From positions 448,001 through 512,000 of the forward strand of contig CAXXVZ010000003.1 in assembly GCA_963678065.2 (NCBI GenBank): DNA of 64,000 bases, written 5' to 3'. A program made the position numbers and the translations under genes. Position 1 is the first letter of the stretch; every line of letters starts with the position of its first letter. The notes under the pieces are model-generated. The model was not told where the DNA came from. It did no database searches and was given only the letters and a program-made list of their open reading frames with translations. Origin of the DNA: Treponemataceae bacterium (lineage in GTDB: Bacteria > Spirochaetota > Spirochaetia > Treponematales > Rectinemataceae). This document shows, in pieces, positions 1 to 9,098 of this stretch.

Positions 1-1010
1 CCGGCCCGGAGATCGTCCGGAATGGAGGCCTTTCCTCCGGCAACATGAGGCGTGACAAGGCAATCCACAGGCCTTTGGTTCTGCCTGATCTTCACCCGCG
101 CCCTGAAAGGGCCGCAGATGGCTGCCGGATTCTGAAACCGGAAGTCGGCCGACTCGAGGCCTTCCGAGAAGAGCCCTCCGCCCGATCCGACAACAACCCT
201 GTTGTTCACCGCGTCGAGCGAGAGGACGTAGAGGGCTTCGGCTCCCAGGCTGAGCCCTATCCCTCGCCTCTGTCCGATAGTGTAATACGGAAGCCCCCGG
301 TGACGGCCGACACATTTCCCGTCTGTCGTAACGATGTCGCCGGGCATGGGTTCGCGGTCTGAGAAGAGGGGGGAATAGTCACCTCCTGCGATAAAATCCT
401 GACTCTCGGCCTTCTCCGCGACCTCGAGCCCTAGGCCGCGCGCGATATCGCGCACTTCCTCTTTTGTCAGCTCTCCGAGCGGGAACATGATTTCTGACAG
501 CCGCCCCGAGTCGAGTCCGTAGAGGAAGTAGCTCTGATCTTTCGCCGCGACGGAGGCGGTCTTCAGGTAGTTGATGCCGCCGACATTCTCGATGCGGGCA
601 TAGTGTCCCGTGGCGAAGGCGTCAAACGCGAGCCCGGATTGCCGCGCGCGTGAACAGAGAAAGCCGAATTTGAGTTCACGGTTGCAGACGATGCAGGGAT
701 TCGGAGTCCGGCCCACGAGGTACTCGCTCCGGAAATAGTCGAGGACTTTGGCTTCGTACTCCGCGCAGAGATCGACGACATGGTATTCTATTCCGAGTTG
801 CGCGCACAGGCGTTCGCATGCGGCTATATCCTCTTCCTCGCCAGGGCCGTAACATGCGTGCTTCGCTCCTTCCTGTATCTTCACGGCCCCCGACCATATC
901 TTCATGGTGAGGCCGAAAACCTCGAAACCCTTGTCCTTCAGTATTGCCGCCGCGACGGCCGAATCGACGCCGCCGGAAAGTCCGACGGCCACGCGCTGTG
1001 GTGTATTCAT
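1..1010 (-). CDS. mnmA: tRNA-specific 2-thiouridylase MnmA (3' end runs off the window)
   Basis: Missing from the ORF track; hand-translated from ATG at 1010: MNTPQRVAVGLSGGVDS (PP-loop), GRTPNPCIVCN, ATGHYARI, KDQSYFL, FPLGELTKEEVR, YTIGQRRG. Confidence 0.96.
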   Translation of the reverse strand, partial: MNTPQRVAVGLSGGVDSAVAAAILKDKGFEVFGLTMKIWSGAVKIQEGAKHACYGPGEEEDIAACERLCAQLGIEYHVVDLCAEYEAKVLDYFRSEYLVGRTPNPCIVCNRELKFGFLCSRARQSGLAFDAFATGHYARIENVGGINYLKTASVAAKDQSYFLYGLDSGRLSEIMFPLGELTKEEVRDIARGLGLEVAEKAESQDFIAGGDYSPLFSDREPMPGDIVTTDGKCVGRHRGLPYYTIGQRRGIGLSLGAEALYVLSLDAVNNRVVVGSGGGLFSEGLESADFRFQNPAAICGPFRARVKIRQNQRPVDCLVTPHVAGGKASIPDDLRA

Positions 1011-1115
1011 TTCATGGCAAGGATATCACGCGCGCGTCCGGAGGGCCAAGCGGCCATCTTAAGGACAGCCCGGCAGGCCTCTTCGGAAACAAAGCTGTTG
1101 GACAGCCGTTTTGAG

Positions 1116-1144
1116 TTGTCTTCAACCTTCCTTTCAGTCATAAT
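1116..1144 (+). promoter_or_regulatory. Putative sigma70 promoter of oadB
   Basis: TTGTCT-17 nt-CATAAT about 30 nt upstream of GGAG RBS/ATG. Confidence 0.5.
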
Positions 1145-1176
1145 ACCTGTATTCAAACCACACGGAGACTCACGAC

Positions 1177-2310
1177 ATGAGCGAGGTATTCATCGGTTTC
1201 ACGTCGGTCACATGGCAGCATCTGGTCATGTACGGCATCGGCGGCATTCTCATCTGGCTTGCCATCAACAAGGGTTACGAGCCTATGCTGCTCCTGCCGA
1301 TAGGTTTCGGCGCCATCCTTGTCAATCTGCCGCTCTCAATCGCGGGCATCCCCACGAACGGCGACGCCCCCGGCTTCCTGAACATTCTCTACAACGCAGG
1401 CATCCTGACGGAATTGTTCCCCCTCCTCATCTTCATCGCGGTAGGGGCGATGATCGACTTCGGCCCGCTCTTCAAGAACCCGGTCATGATCTTCTTCGGG
1501 GCGGCCGCGCAGTTCGGCATCTTCGCCACGATGATCATAGCGACCTTCCTCGGCTTCAGCCTGAAGGAGGCGGCGAGTATCGGCATCATCGGCGCGGCCG
1601 ACGGCCCGACCTCGATTTTCGTCGCGACGCGCTTCGCCCCCGACTACCTCGCGGCCATCTCGGTGGCGGCCTACTCCTACATGTCCCTCGTGCCCATCAT
1701 CCAGCCGCCCGTCATCAAACTCCTGACCACCAAAAAAGAGCGCATGATCCACATGCAGTACCACGAGAGCAAGGTTCCGCAGTGGCTCAAGATACTCTTC
1801 CCCATCGTCGTCACCATAATCGCCGGCTTTGTGGCCCCCATCTCGGTGCCCCTCATCGGCTCGCTCATGTTCGGGAACCTCATCCGCGAGTCGGGTGTCC
1901 TCGAGCGCCTCTCGCAGACGGCCCAGAATGAGCTTGCCTACCTCGTCACCCTCCTCCTCGGCATCACGATCGGATCGAGTATGACCGCCGAGAAGTTCCT
2001 CAATCTCAAGACTCTCATGATCCTCGCCATGGGACTCGTCGCCTTCATCTTCGACACCGCGGGCGGCGTCCTCTTCGCCAAGCTCGTCAACCTCTTCCTG
2101 CCCAAGGACAAGAAGATCAACCCCATGATCGGCGCCTGCGGAATTTCCGCCTTCCCGATGTCGGCCCGCATCATCCAGAAGATGGCGAACGACGAGGAGC
2201 GCGGAAACATCATCCTCATGCCGGCCATAGGCTCCAATGTTTCAGGCCAGGTGGGATCCATCATCGCGGGCGGCATGGTGCTCGCCCTCGTTCCGCTTTT
2301 CGTGATGTAA
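1177..2310 (+). CDS. oadB: Na+-translocating carboxybiotin decarboxylase beta subunit (OadB/MmdB/GcdB family)
   Basis: Highly hydrophobic; EPMLLLPIGFG, GAAAQFGIF, IGIIGAADGPT, AAYSYMSLVPIIQPP, INPMIGACGISAFPMSAR. Confidence 0.95.
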   Translation: MSEVFIGFTSVTWQHLVMYGIGGILIWLAINKGYEPMLLLPIGFGAILVNLPLSIAGIPTNGDAPGFLNILYNAGILTELFPLLIFIAVGAMIDFGPLFKNPVMIFFGAAAQFGIFATMIIATFLGFSLKEAASIGIIGAADGPTSIFVATRFAPDYLAAISVAAYSYMSLVPIIQPPVIKLLTTKKERMIHMQYHESKVPQWLKILFPIVVTIIAGFVAPISVPLIGSLMFGNLIRESGVLERLSQTAQNELAYLVTLLLGITIGSSMTAEKFLNLKTLMILAMGLVAFIFDTAGGVLFAKLVNLFLPKDKKINPMIGACGISAFPMSARIIQKMANDEERGNIILMPAIGSNVSGQVGSIIAGGMVLALVPLFVM

Positions 2311-2320
2311 GGAGTCAGAA

Positions 2321-2494
2321 ATGGATGCACTCATCGAAAATATCAGGTACGCGAGCATACAGGTCCAGGCCCTGGCAGTCACTGCCGGCGGACTCATCGG
2401 AGTCTTCGCGACTCTTGGTGTATTCTATATTCTTATAACAATTTCCAACAAATTCGGCAAAGGCAAGGAAGCGGCGGACAAACCGGAAGACTGA
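2321..2494 (+). CDS. 57-aa single-TM protein, OadG (gamma/delta subunit)-like
   Basis: Below ORF-track cutoff; GGAG RBS at 2311; MDALIENIRYASIQVQALAVTAGGLIGVFATLGVFYILITISNKFGKGKEAADKPED; one hydrophobic helix and a charged tail, directly after oadB. Confidence 0.75.
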   Translation: MDALIENIRYASIQVQALAVTAGGLIGVFATLGVFYILITISNKFGKGKEAADKPED

Positions 2495-2552
2495 CTTTCC
2501 TGCATAAATCGCAACAGCGCAAGCCACGGGCCATAACCGCGCGGTGCCGTTC

Positions 2553-2596
2553 CGACAAAAAGGCCGCCCATACCAGATGGACGGCCTTTTTTGTCG
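2553..2596. terminator. Bidirectional intrinsic terminator between oadG-like and fprA
   Basis: AAAAAGGCCGCCCAT...ATGGACGGCCTTTTTT hairpin with A- and T-tracts between convergent genes. Confidence 0.85.
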
Positions 2597-2632
2597 CGCA
2601 AATCCGACTCGCGAAGCGCAGATACGTCCTCG

Positions 2633-3847
2633 TTATGCGCCCTTCACGTGGCGGGCGAGCTCGCGTCCGCGCTCGAAAAGGACGTCGAGAGTCGTGGCGT
2701 CCGGGCTTCCTGCCCACTCGACACTCTCGAGGCTGTCCCACTTGAGGGGCGCGATCCTGGCCTCGTAATCCTTCTTGGCCCCGCCGACCCAGCCCCAGCT
2801 GCCGATGCGCAGCGCTTTCCGGTTCCAGACATGCTTGCGCTCGAACACCTCGAGGAGGTAGGCGATGGGCGGGAACATCTTGTACTCGTAGGTGGGCATC
2901 GCGACGATTATGCCTTCGCACTTGTATGCGTCGGCGAGCGCGAAGGAGACGTCCTCGTTCGGGATCCTGTGGAGGACATAGGGAACCTTCTCGTGATCGA
3001 GTCCGGCAAGAACGGCCTTCAGACCCTTCTCGGTGTTGCCGTACATGGAACCCCAGACGACGCAGACCTCTTTCTCGCGATTTTTATCCAGGTAATCCGC
3101 ATATTTCGCATAACGCCCGATGATGACCTGCGGGTCTTTGCGCCAGATTATGCCGTGGCTTGGCGCGACAACCTTGAGATCGAGGATCGAGAGTTTTTCG
3201 ATGGCTTTTTTCACGAAAAGCCCGAAGCTCGACACGATATTGGAGTAGTAGCGGAGCGACTCCTTCTCATAAAAGCTGTGTTCGGCCGTATCGAACTGGT
3301 CGTCGAAAACCCTGTCTCCGAGTGCGCCGAAGCCGCCGAAGGCGTCGCAGGTGAAGGCGATGCCGGAAACAGGCTCGTATGTCACCATTGTTTCCGGCCA
3401 GTGGACGTTCGGCGCCTCGATGAAGTGGAGCACCATGCCTTCGCCGAGATCGAGCGTGTCGCCGGTCTTTACGACAACGAGACCCTCGGTGATCTTGTAA
3501 AAGGATTTGACGAGTTCGACACCTTTGGCTGTCGCGTAGATCTTCACGTGAGGATTGAGGGCCTTGAACTCGGCGAGCCAGCCGGTGTGGTCGGGTTCGA
3601 GGTGATTCAGAATGAGGTAGTCGATGTTGGAGATGCCGGTGCCAGCCTGGGAGAGCTGATCGCCCAGAATGGCAGGAGCATTCGTCCAGTCCCGGACCAG
3701 GTCGATCAAGGCCGTTTTTTCGCCCTTCACGACATAGCTGTTGAGGGAGACGCCGTCTGGGATGGGCCAGATTCCCTCGAAGAGATCGGTGGTCCGTATG
3801 TCGACATGGAGAGCGTGTATCCTGTCGGTGATCGGGTAGGCTTTCAT
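2633..3847 (-). CDS. fprA: Flavodiiron protein FprA (class A; O2/NO reductase)
   Basis: MBL diiron ligands HLEPDH, VHWPE, CDAFG, PSHG plus flavodoxin domain (GSMYGNT, GSWGWVGG); start placed at MKAYP behind GAAGGA. Confidence 0.93.
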   Translation of the reverse strand: MKAYPITDRIHALHVDIRTTDLFEGIWPIPDGVSLNSYVVKGEKTALIDLVRDWTNAPAILGDQLSQAGTGISNIDYLILNHLEPDHTGWLAEFKALNPHVKIYATAKGVELVKSFYKITEGLVVVKTGDTLDLGEGMVLHFIEAPNVHWPETMVTYEPVSGIAFTCDAFGGFGALGDRVFDDQFDTAEHSFYEKESLRYYSNIVSSFGLFVKKAIEKLSILDLKVVAPSHGIIWRKDPQVIIGRYAKYADYLDKNREKEVCVVWGSMYGNTEKGLKAVLAGLDHEKVPYVLHRIPNEDVSFALADAYKCEGIIVAMPTYEYKMFPPIAYLLEVFERKHVWNRKALRIGSWGWVGGAKKDYEARIAPLKWDSLESVEWAGSPDATTLDVLFERGRELARHVKGA

Positions 3848-3905
3848 CAATCTTCCTTCGTCGAAATATGATGTTGCGGCAGGATTCCACTCTCCTGCCG
3901 CGTTC

Positions 3906-3934
3906 ATTATACCGCAATCACGGAACTTTCAGAA
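3906..3934 (-). promoter_or_regulatory. Putative fprA promoter
   Basis: Minus strand TTCTGA-17 nt-TATAAT. Confidence 0.5.
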
Positions 3935-5389
3935 GGCACCTGTCCCGAGCTTGGCGGAAATCCCGAGACTGACCGGATTCCCCTGGAAGAGTACACCATA
4001 CTCAGTCGCCTTTTCGCCGAAAACGAAGGTCAGGTCCGCCTGGAGGCTCATCCTGTCAAAGAGCTTCCAGGTTACCGAAGGCTTCACGAGACCCGAGAAA
4101 TCGGAGAGGTTTGCGATCGACAGGATCGAAACCGTTATGTTGTCGTCGAGAAATTCCGACTTGCTGAACGAGAACCCCGCGTAGTGCATGCCCGAATTGT
4201 AGGCCACTGCGGCGAGTGCCCCGCTGAGCGCTTTTACGGCAGAAGAGGGGAGCCCTGGGGTCTCAATGACTGCCATTCCGGTGGAGATGAGATTCTTGCG
4301 GTCGGAATCGAAATACCCCTCGCCGTTGTAAAAATACTGTGCGATGGCCACAATATTTGCTTTTGAATTATTGTACAGCAGTCCGGCCGTGCCCGAGGGG
4401 ATCCAATCTGTCTTTTTCGGCAAGGCGATGAGATACGGGTAGGAAGCGCTTATGGATGAGTAAAAAGTTTTCTCGCTCCCGTGCGCGATGCTGAACTCGC
4501 CGAACATATCGAAGTCCCCCAGAGGGCCCGCGAGTGTCAGCATACCGCGCTCAGGCCTTCCGTACTGGTAGTAGCCCCCCAGCCCCACCTCATAGTGCTT
4601 TACGAGCACTTCGGCCTTTGCCGCGAGCGCGATGTCCGAGGGATAGACAGGCAGGGGATTGGTCGGATCCTTGGGGTTCAGGATGGCGTAGGCGTAGAGA
4701 TTGTTCTGCGTTCCGAGTATGGGCATGTGTACCCGGAAATTGACCGGACCCTCCCGCTGGGCAGTCGGGTCGGTGATATCTATGGACCCGACATTGATGA
4801 CATCGGCGGGACTCCAGAAGTAGCCTGTTCCCCACTTGACCGTGGACTTCCCGAAACGGAAGAAGACGGAGTCTTTCCATGAAAAATCGGAAAAGAGCTC
4901 GAATACCGAGATGTTCGGGAGGGCAATCTGGCCTGAAGTCGTGACAAGGGAGGAGCCAGTCAAGGTCGCCGATGTCAGGAATGTGCTGGTTGCAGTGAAT
5001 GGCCAGGCGATCTTGGCAGAGCCATAAACCCGGAAGTCCTCGTCCGGCCTCGCGTCGAAGAAGACGAGGCTGGACAGCGTGGGATTGACGACGGTCGAAT
5101 CCGGTTTCAGGGGATCGAACCCGCCGGTCCATGGAGTGTTCCACTTCCAGCTCAGGCCTATATTCCCGGTGAAGCTCCCGCCGATCCTGACTTTGTCGGT
5201 CTTGAGGGCTGCGGAGACGCCATTGCCGGCATCCTTCACTGGCGTATTGTCCACGACTTCGTCGCCGAAGAGAGCATCCTCGCTCGCACTTCCGGAACCG
5301 GGGAGACTCTCTTGCGCAAAACCCGAAAACGTCGCCAAAAAACCGAGGCAGAGGAGGCTGAAGGTCCTGGTGAATGCTTTTTTAGCCAT
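3929..5389 (-). CDS. Exported protein, probable outer-membrane beta-barrel
   Basis: Signal peptide ending GFA-Q; alternating beta-strand patterns; FRFGKSTVKWGTGYFWSPAD motif; C-terminal Phe; last gene of the ABC operon. Confidence 0.7.
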   Translation of the reverse strand: MAKKAFTRTFSLLCLGFLATFSGFAQESLPGSGSASEDALFGDEVVDNTPVKDAGNGVSAALKTDKVRIGGSFTGNIGLSWKWNTPWTGGFDPLKPDSTVVNPTLSSLVFFDARPDEDFRVYGSAKIAWPFTATSTFLTSATLTGSSLVTTSGQIALPNISVFELFSDFSWKDSVFFRFGKSTVKWGTGYFWSPADVINVGSIDITDPTAQREGPVNFRVHMPILGTQNNLYAYAILNPKDPTNPLPVYPSDIALAAKAEVLVKHYEVGLGGYYQYGRPERGMLTLAGPLGDFDMFGEFSIAHGSEKTFYSSISASYPYLIALPKKTDWIPSGTAGLLYNNSKANIVAIAQYFYNGEGYFDSDRKNLISTGMAVIETPGLPSSAVKALSGALAAVAYNSGMHYAGFSFSKSEFLDDNITVSILSIANLSDFSGLVKPSVTWKLFDRMSLQADLTFVFGEKATEYGVLFQGNPVSLGISAKLGTGAF

Positions 5390-5398
5390 GACTGACTC

Positions 5399-6226
5399 CT
5401 ATTTATTCACCTGCTCGATGAAGGCCTTGGTGAAGACCTTGTCGGGCAGGGGAGCCACGGATTGCTCGGCCATGGTGATCTGGCTCTTCTCTCCCTTGTT
5501 GATCTCGTCGACGATGAGTATTTGGGAGGGCATGAGCCTTCCGTCGATCTCGGCGTACTTGGGATAGAGAGTCGTGCGCATGAGCCTGCCGGAGACCGAG
5601 AAATCTTCCTGCTTGAGCAGCATGGTCCGATCCTTGCGGACGTAGAGCTTCATGCGCTCGTAGGCGACCTCGTTGGTCTTCGCCTTCAGGTCGAGGATCC
5701 AGACCGGGAATTTGCCCACCATCCCCTCTTTCGTGGACTCGATGGTGTAGTCATCGACGAGGGAGGTCTTCGTGAAGTCGGAATTTTTGGCCTCGCTGTT
5801 CTGCAGGTTTTCCTTGATCGACGAGAACGAAAACTTGCGGCTCGTCGGATCGTAGAACCAGACGCTCTCTTCCTCGCGGAGGTAGCCCTGGCCTTTGTTG
5901 ACTTCAGGAAGCATGATGAGGAGGGCGAACTGTTTTTTGGTGTCGCGGCGGTAAAGCCTGACCTGAGTCACAGTCTGCTTTTCGCCCGGTTTCTCCGAGA
6001 CGATCGTGATGAGCGAGGAATAATCCTTGCCCGAAAAGTCTTCGAGAGTGTCGAGCGTCTGCAGGATTTTTACCGGATCGGCTGTCTGAGCGAAGAGGCC
6101 GGAAGATGGAACGAAGGTGAGGAGGAAGAGCGCGCACTGCATCAGCGCGGTTGTCCTCCCAAGCCACAAACGAGGCGAGGGCGCCCTGCGCCTGATTCCG
6201 GAATGCATCTGCGGATCGTGGTTCAT
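5399..6226 (-). CDS. LolA-like outer-membrane lipoprotein-sorting family periplasmic protein
   Basis: Signal peptide ending LFA-Q; PEVNKGQGYL, VWFYDP, C-terminal LPDKVFTKAFIE; start at AGGAG-preceded ATG 6226. Confidence 0.8.
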   Translation of the reverse strand: MNHDPQMHSGIRRRAPSPRLWLGRTTALMQCALFLLTFVPSSGLFAQTADPVKILQTLDTLEDFSGKDYSSLITIVSEKPGEKQTVTQVRLYRRDTKKQFALLIMLPEVNKGQGYLREEESVWFYDPTSRKFSFSSIKENLQNSEAKNSDFTKTSLVDDYTIESTKEGMVGKFPVWILDLKAKTNEVAYERMKLYVRKDRTMLLKQEDFSVSGRLMRTTLYPKYAEIDGRLMPSQILIVDEINKGEKSQITMAEQSVAPLPDKVFTKAFIEQVNK

Positions 6227-6246
6227 ATAGAGACTCCTGTATGTAA

Positions 6247-7569
6247 TCATTTCTGTGTCCTCAGGGCTTCTGCGGGTTCGAGCCTGGCGGCGTTCCGTGC
6301 AGGGAAGAAGGCCGCGGCCAGAGTCAAAATAGCGATGAGGAGGACGTTGAAGATTGCCCGAAAGGGCGGTACGAAGAATGAGAGATGTCCGTTTTTCATG
6401 ATGAGGAAGATCGGCGAATCCATACCGAAGTTGAACAGGGACAGGATGCCCATGAGGACGAGAGAGAGCGCGATGCCCGCCACGGCCCCGCCGATGGCGA
6501 GGAAGAGAGCTTCGTAGAGGAAAAGCCCCCGTATTTCGCCCCGTTGTACGCCGACCGCCCGCATGGTACCGATCTCCCGGATGCGCTCGTACATGACCAT
6601 CCTGAAGGTGTTGGTGATGCCGACCATGATGATGAAGAAAAGCACGATGAGGATGATGAGACTCGCGGTGTCCAAGGCCGTGACGATCTGCCTGGCCTCA
6701 GACATGATGTCGTCGATGGTGAGGATGCGGTACTTGATGCCCTCCCATTTTTCCTTTTTCTGATTGCGCATCATGGCCTGGAAGGGGGTGACCGCGCCAT
6801 TTTCGTTCTTGGTGCCTCGGTCAAAGAGCTGCAGGCCCGATGTCTTCATATTCTTGTAGAGGGCTTCGGCAGCATTGCCCGACTCCTTGAGGTCGGAGAG
6901 CATGAGTCCCATGCTCATGTACTCGCCCTTCTTGAGGCCGACGAGCTCATTCACGTAGTCGATGTTGGCGTATGCCATGACGGCGCCGATGATGCTGGTG
7001 TCCCTGTTGATCGCGGCGACCGTGAACTCTCCCACGTTGTTCTGTCCTGTCAGGGTCGAGAGCTGCACGAGAAGTCTGTCTCCCGCCTGGGCATTGAGCT
7101 TCTTCGCGATCTTCTCGGAAATGATGATGGCATCCTTCTGCGCGGCGGCATCCCAGTTGCCGGATGCGAGGACGAGTCTCTCTTTCAGAAAGCCCGACGA
7201 GGAGAGGTCGAGGCCTGTGATGTTCTGGCGGGCAGTCTTGGTTTCAAATACGAGTGTGCCCTGGAACTCGCTCGTCCTCGTGATGAACACCGGCTTTATA
7301 CCCGCGTTCTTCAGGGCCGCGCTGATGACGGAGTCGTCGCGGATAACTTCCAGGGACTTGCCCGAGGCGGTTTTCTCGTTTCCAGTCACAAAGACATGGC
7401 CCGCCATCAGATAGGCGAAGTTCTCGGACACGTTGTTGATGAAGGCGCCCGCGAAGCCGTTGATCAGCGTGACGATCATGATGCCGAAGGCTATGGCGCC
7501 TCCGAGCAGGAAAGACCTCTTCTTCTGTCGGGAGAGGTTCCGGAATGCAATATTGGCGATGACGCTCAC
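6247..7569 (-). CDS. ABC transporter permease (MacB/FtsX/LolC-E family)
   Basis: IAFRNLSRQKKRS, large periplasmic loop, ERIREIGTMRAVG, PARNAARLEPAEALR. Confidence 0.92.
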   Translation of the reverse strand: MSVIANIAFRNLSRQKKRSFLLGGAIAFGIMIVTLINGFAGAFINNVSENFAYLMAGHVFVTGNEKTASGKSLEVIRDDSVISAALKNAGIKPVFITRTSEFQGTLVFETKTARQNITGLDLSSSGFLKERLVLASGNWDAAAQKDAIIISEKIAKKLNAQAGDRLLVQLSTLTGQNNVGEFTVAAINRDTSIIGAVMAYANIDYVNELVGLKKGEYMSMGLMLSDLKESGNAAEALYKNMKTSGLQLFDRGTKNENGAVTPFQAMMRNQKKEKWEGIKYRILTIDDIMSEARQIVTALDTASLIILIVLFFIIMVGITNTFRMVMYERIREIGTMRAVGVQRGEIRGLFLYEALFLAIGGAVAGIALSLVLMGILSLFNFGMDSPIFLIMKNGHLSFFVPPFRAIFNVLLIAILTLAAAFFPARNAARLEPAEALRTQK

Positions 7570-7578
7570 GGCGTTCTC

Positions 7579-9093
7579 CTATTCCGACTGCATGGCGCGC
7601 ACGGGCTGGATCTTGAGCGCGACGGACACGGGGTAGAGGTGGGCGAGGTATCCCACCGCGATGATTCCGGCGAGCGAGCCGAGTATTGTGCCGAGGCTCA
7701 CCGAAGGATTGAGGTATTTGCCACCGAAAAGGACTTCGAGGAAGGGATTGCCCGCCGCGATGTGGAGCGACTTGAGTATCGCGACCGTAGCGACCGAAAG
7801 AAGGACGCCGACAAGGCCGAATACGAGGGAGAGTACAAAGGTTTCGGTGGCGAAAAGCTTGCGCACGAACCCCCTGCCGGCTCCGATCGCGCGCATCGTG
7901 CCGATCTCGCCCGTCCTCTCGATGACCGAGATGACGAGGGTGTTCATGATGATGATGATCGCGACGATGGCGAGGATGATGATCGCGATGTTGAACACTA
8001 TCCGGACGACATCGACCGACTGCCCGTAGGGTCCTGCGGCCTTCTGCCAGTCTCCCGCCTCGGCGTCGATCTTTTCCGACGCGAACCAGGTATTGAGCGC
8101 TCTGGACACTTGTGGTCCGTCGGATGGTTTTTCGGTCCGGATGAGCATGAACTGCCAGGCTCCCAGGTCGACGGCGTTCAGCTTTTCCCGGATGGTTTTG
8201 TCGCCGAGGAGTGTGGCGAGGTTCTTTTCGTCGAAGCCCTTGGAGACTGGAGCCGCGCTTTCGACCATGTTGTCGCCGAAAAGGCTGTCGGTATCCGCCG
8301 TGTCGAGCATGGCCGTCTGGGTTTTCGTGAGAGTGATGTTTTCGTCCGCCCCGACCGTCATGCCTGCGAGAACGCGCAGGGAGTCGATGTCGACGAAGGA
8401 CATCTGCTCGGGAGAAGCGCCGTCCCCCTTCTGCTTGTAGGTGCCGACGATGGTTAGCTCGCGCAGTCTCATGCCGCCGGAGCTGTATCCCTGGATGAGG
8501 ATGGGATCGCCGATCTTGAGCTTCCTGCCCAGTTTTTTGGACAGCGTCTCCATGTGCTTTTCATAGAGAATGAGGCCGGGCTGTCCGGGGGCGAGTCTCT
8601 GGCCGGAGGTAATATCCACGCTGTCGAAGACCTTCCAGTAGTCCTGTGCGTCTATGCCGAACATGAAGAGAAAGCCGGCGCCAGGATCGTCGTCGGAAGA
8701 GCCGTCAGCGGACGCGTCCCGCGCGCTCTCCTCTGCGTCCTTTATCGCCATGCCGAAGCCGGTGGCGAGGCTCGTTACGCCTTTCACCCCCGGCAGTGAA
8801 GCCACTTTGGCGCGGACCTTTTCATAGTCTGGAATGTTGGGGGTCGCGTCGAGGCCACCCACCGACTGCACGCCGAAGAGGGAGACCTTGCCGTTCGGAG
8901 AGGTTCCGGAAATGAAGACGTCCCCGGTGTAAGAGTCGGTGAAGGTGTTTCGTATTCCCGCTGCCGACGCGTCGATGAAAGAATTCCCCACCACGAGGAT
9001 GAGGACACCGAGAGCCAGCAGTATTCCGACGATGAGGCTCTTTGATTTGTGCTCCAGGAGGTTCCTGAAGGCCATTCTTATGATGACGTTCAT
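7579..9093 (-). CDS. ABC transporter permease (MacB/FtsX/LolC-E family)
   Basis: MAFRNLLEHKSKS, ERTGEIGTMRAIGA, PVSVALKIQPVRAM. Confidence 0.92.
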   Translation of the reverse strand: MNVIIRMAFRNLLEHKSKSLIVGILLALGVLILVVGNSFIDASAAGIRNTFTDSYTGDVFISGTSPNGKVSLFGVQSVGGLDATPNIPDYEKVRAKVASLPGVKGVTSLATGFGMAIKDAEESARDASADGSSDDDPGAGFLFMFGIDAQDYWKVFDSVDITSGQRLAPGQPGLILYEKHMETLSKKLGRKLKIGDPILIQGYSSGGMRLRELTIVGTYKQKGDGASPEQMSFVDIDSLRVLAGMTVGADENITLTKTQTAMLDTADTDSLFGDNMVESAAPVSKGFDEKNLATLLGDKTIREKLNAVDLGAWQFMLIRTEKPSDGPQVSRALNTWFASEKIDAEAGDWQKAAGPYGQSVDVVRIVFNIAIIILAIVAIIIIMNTLVISVIERTGEIGTMRAIGAGRGFVRKLFATETFVLSLVFGLVGVLLSVATVAILKSLHIAAGNPFLEVLFGGKYLNPSVSLGTILGSLAGIIAVGYLAHLYPVSVALKIQPVRAMQSE

Positions 9094-9098
9094 GCCGC

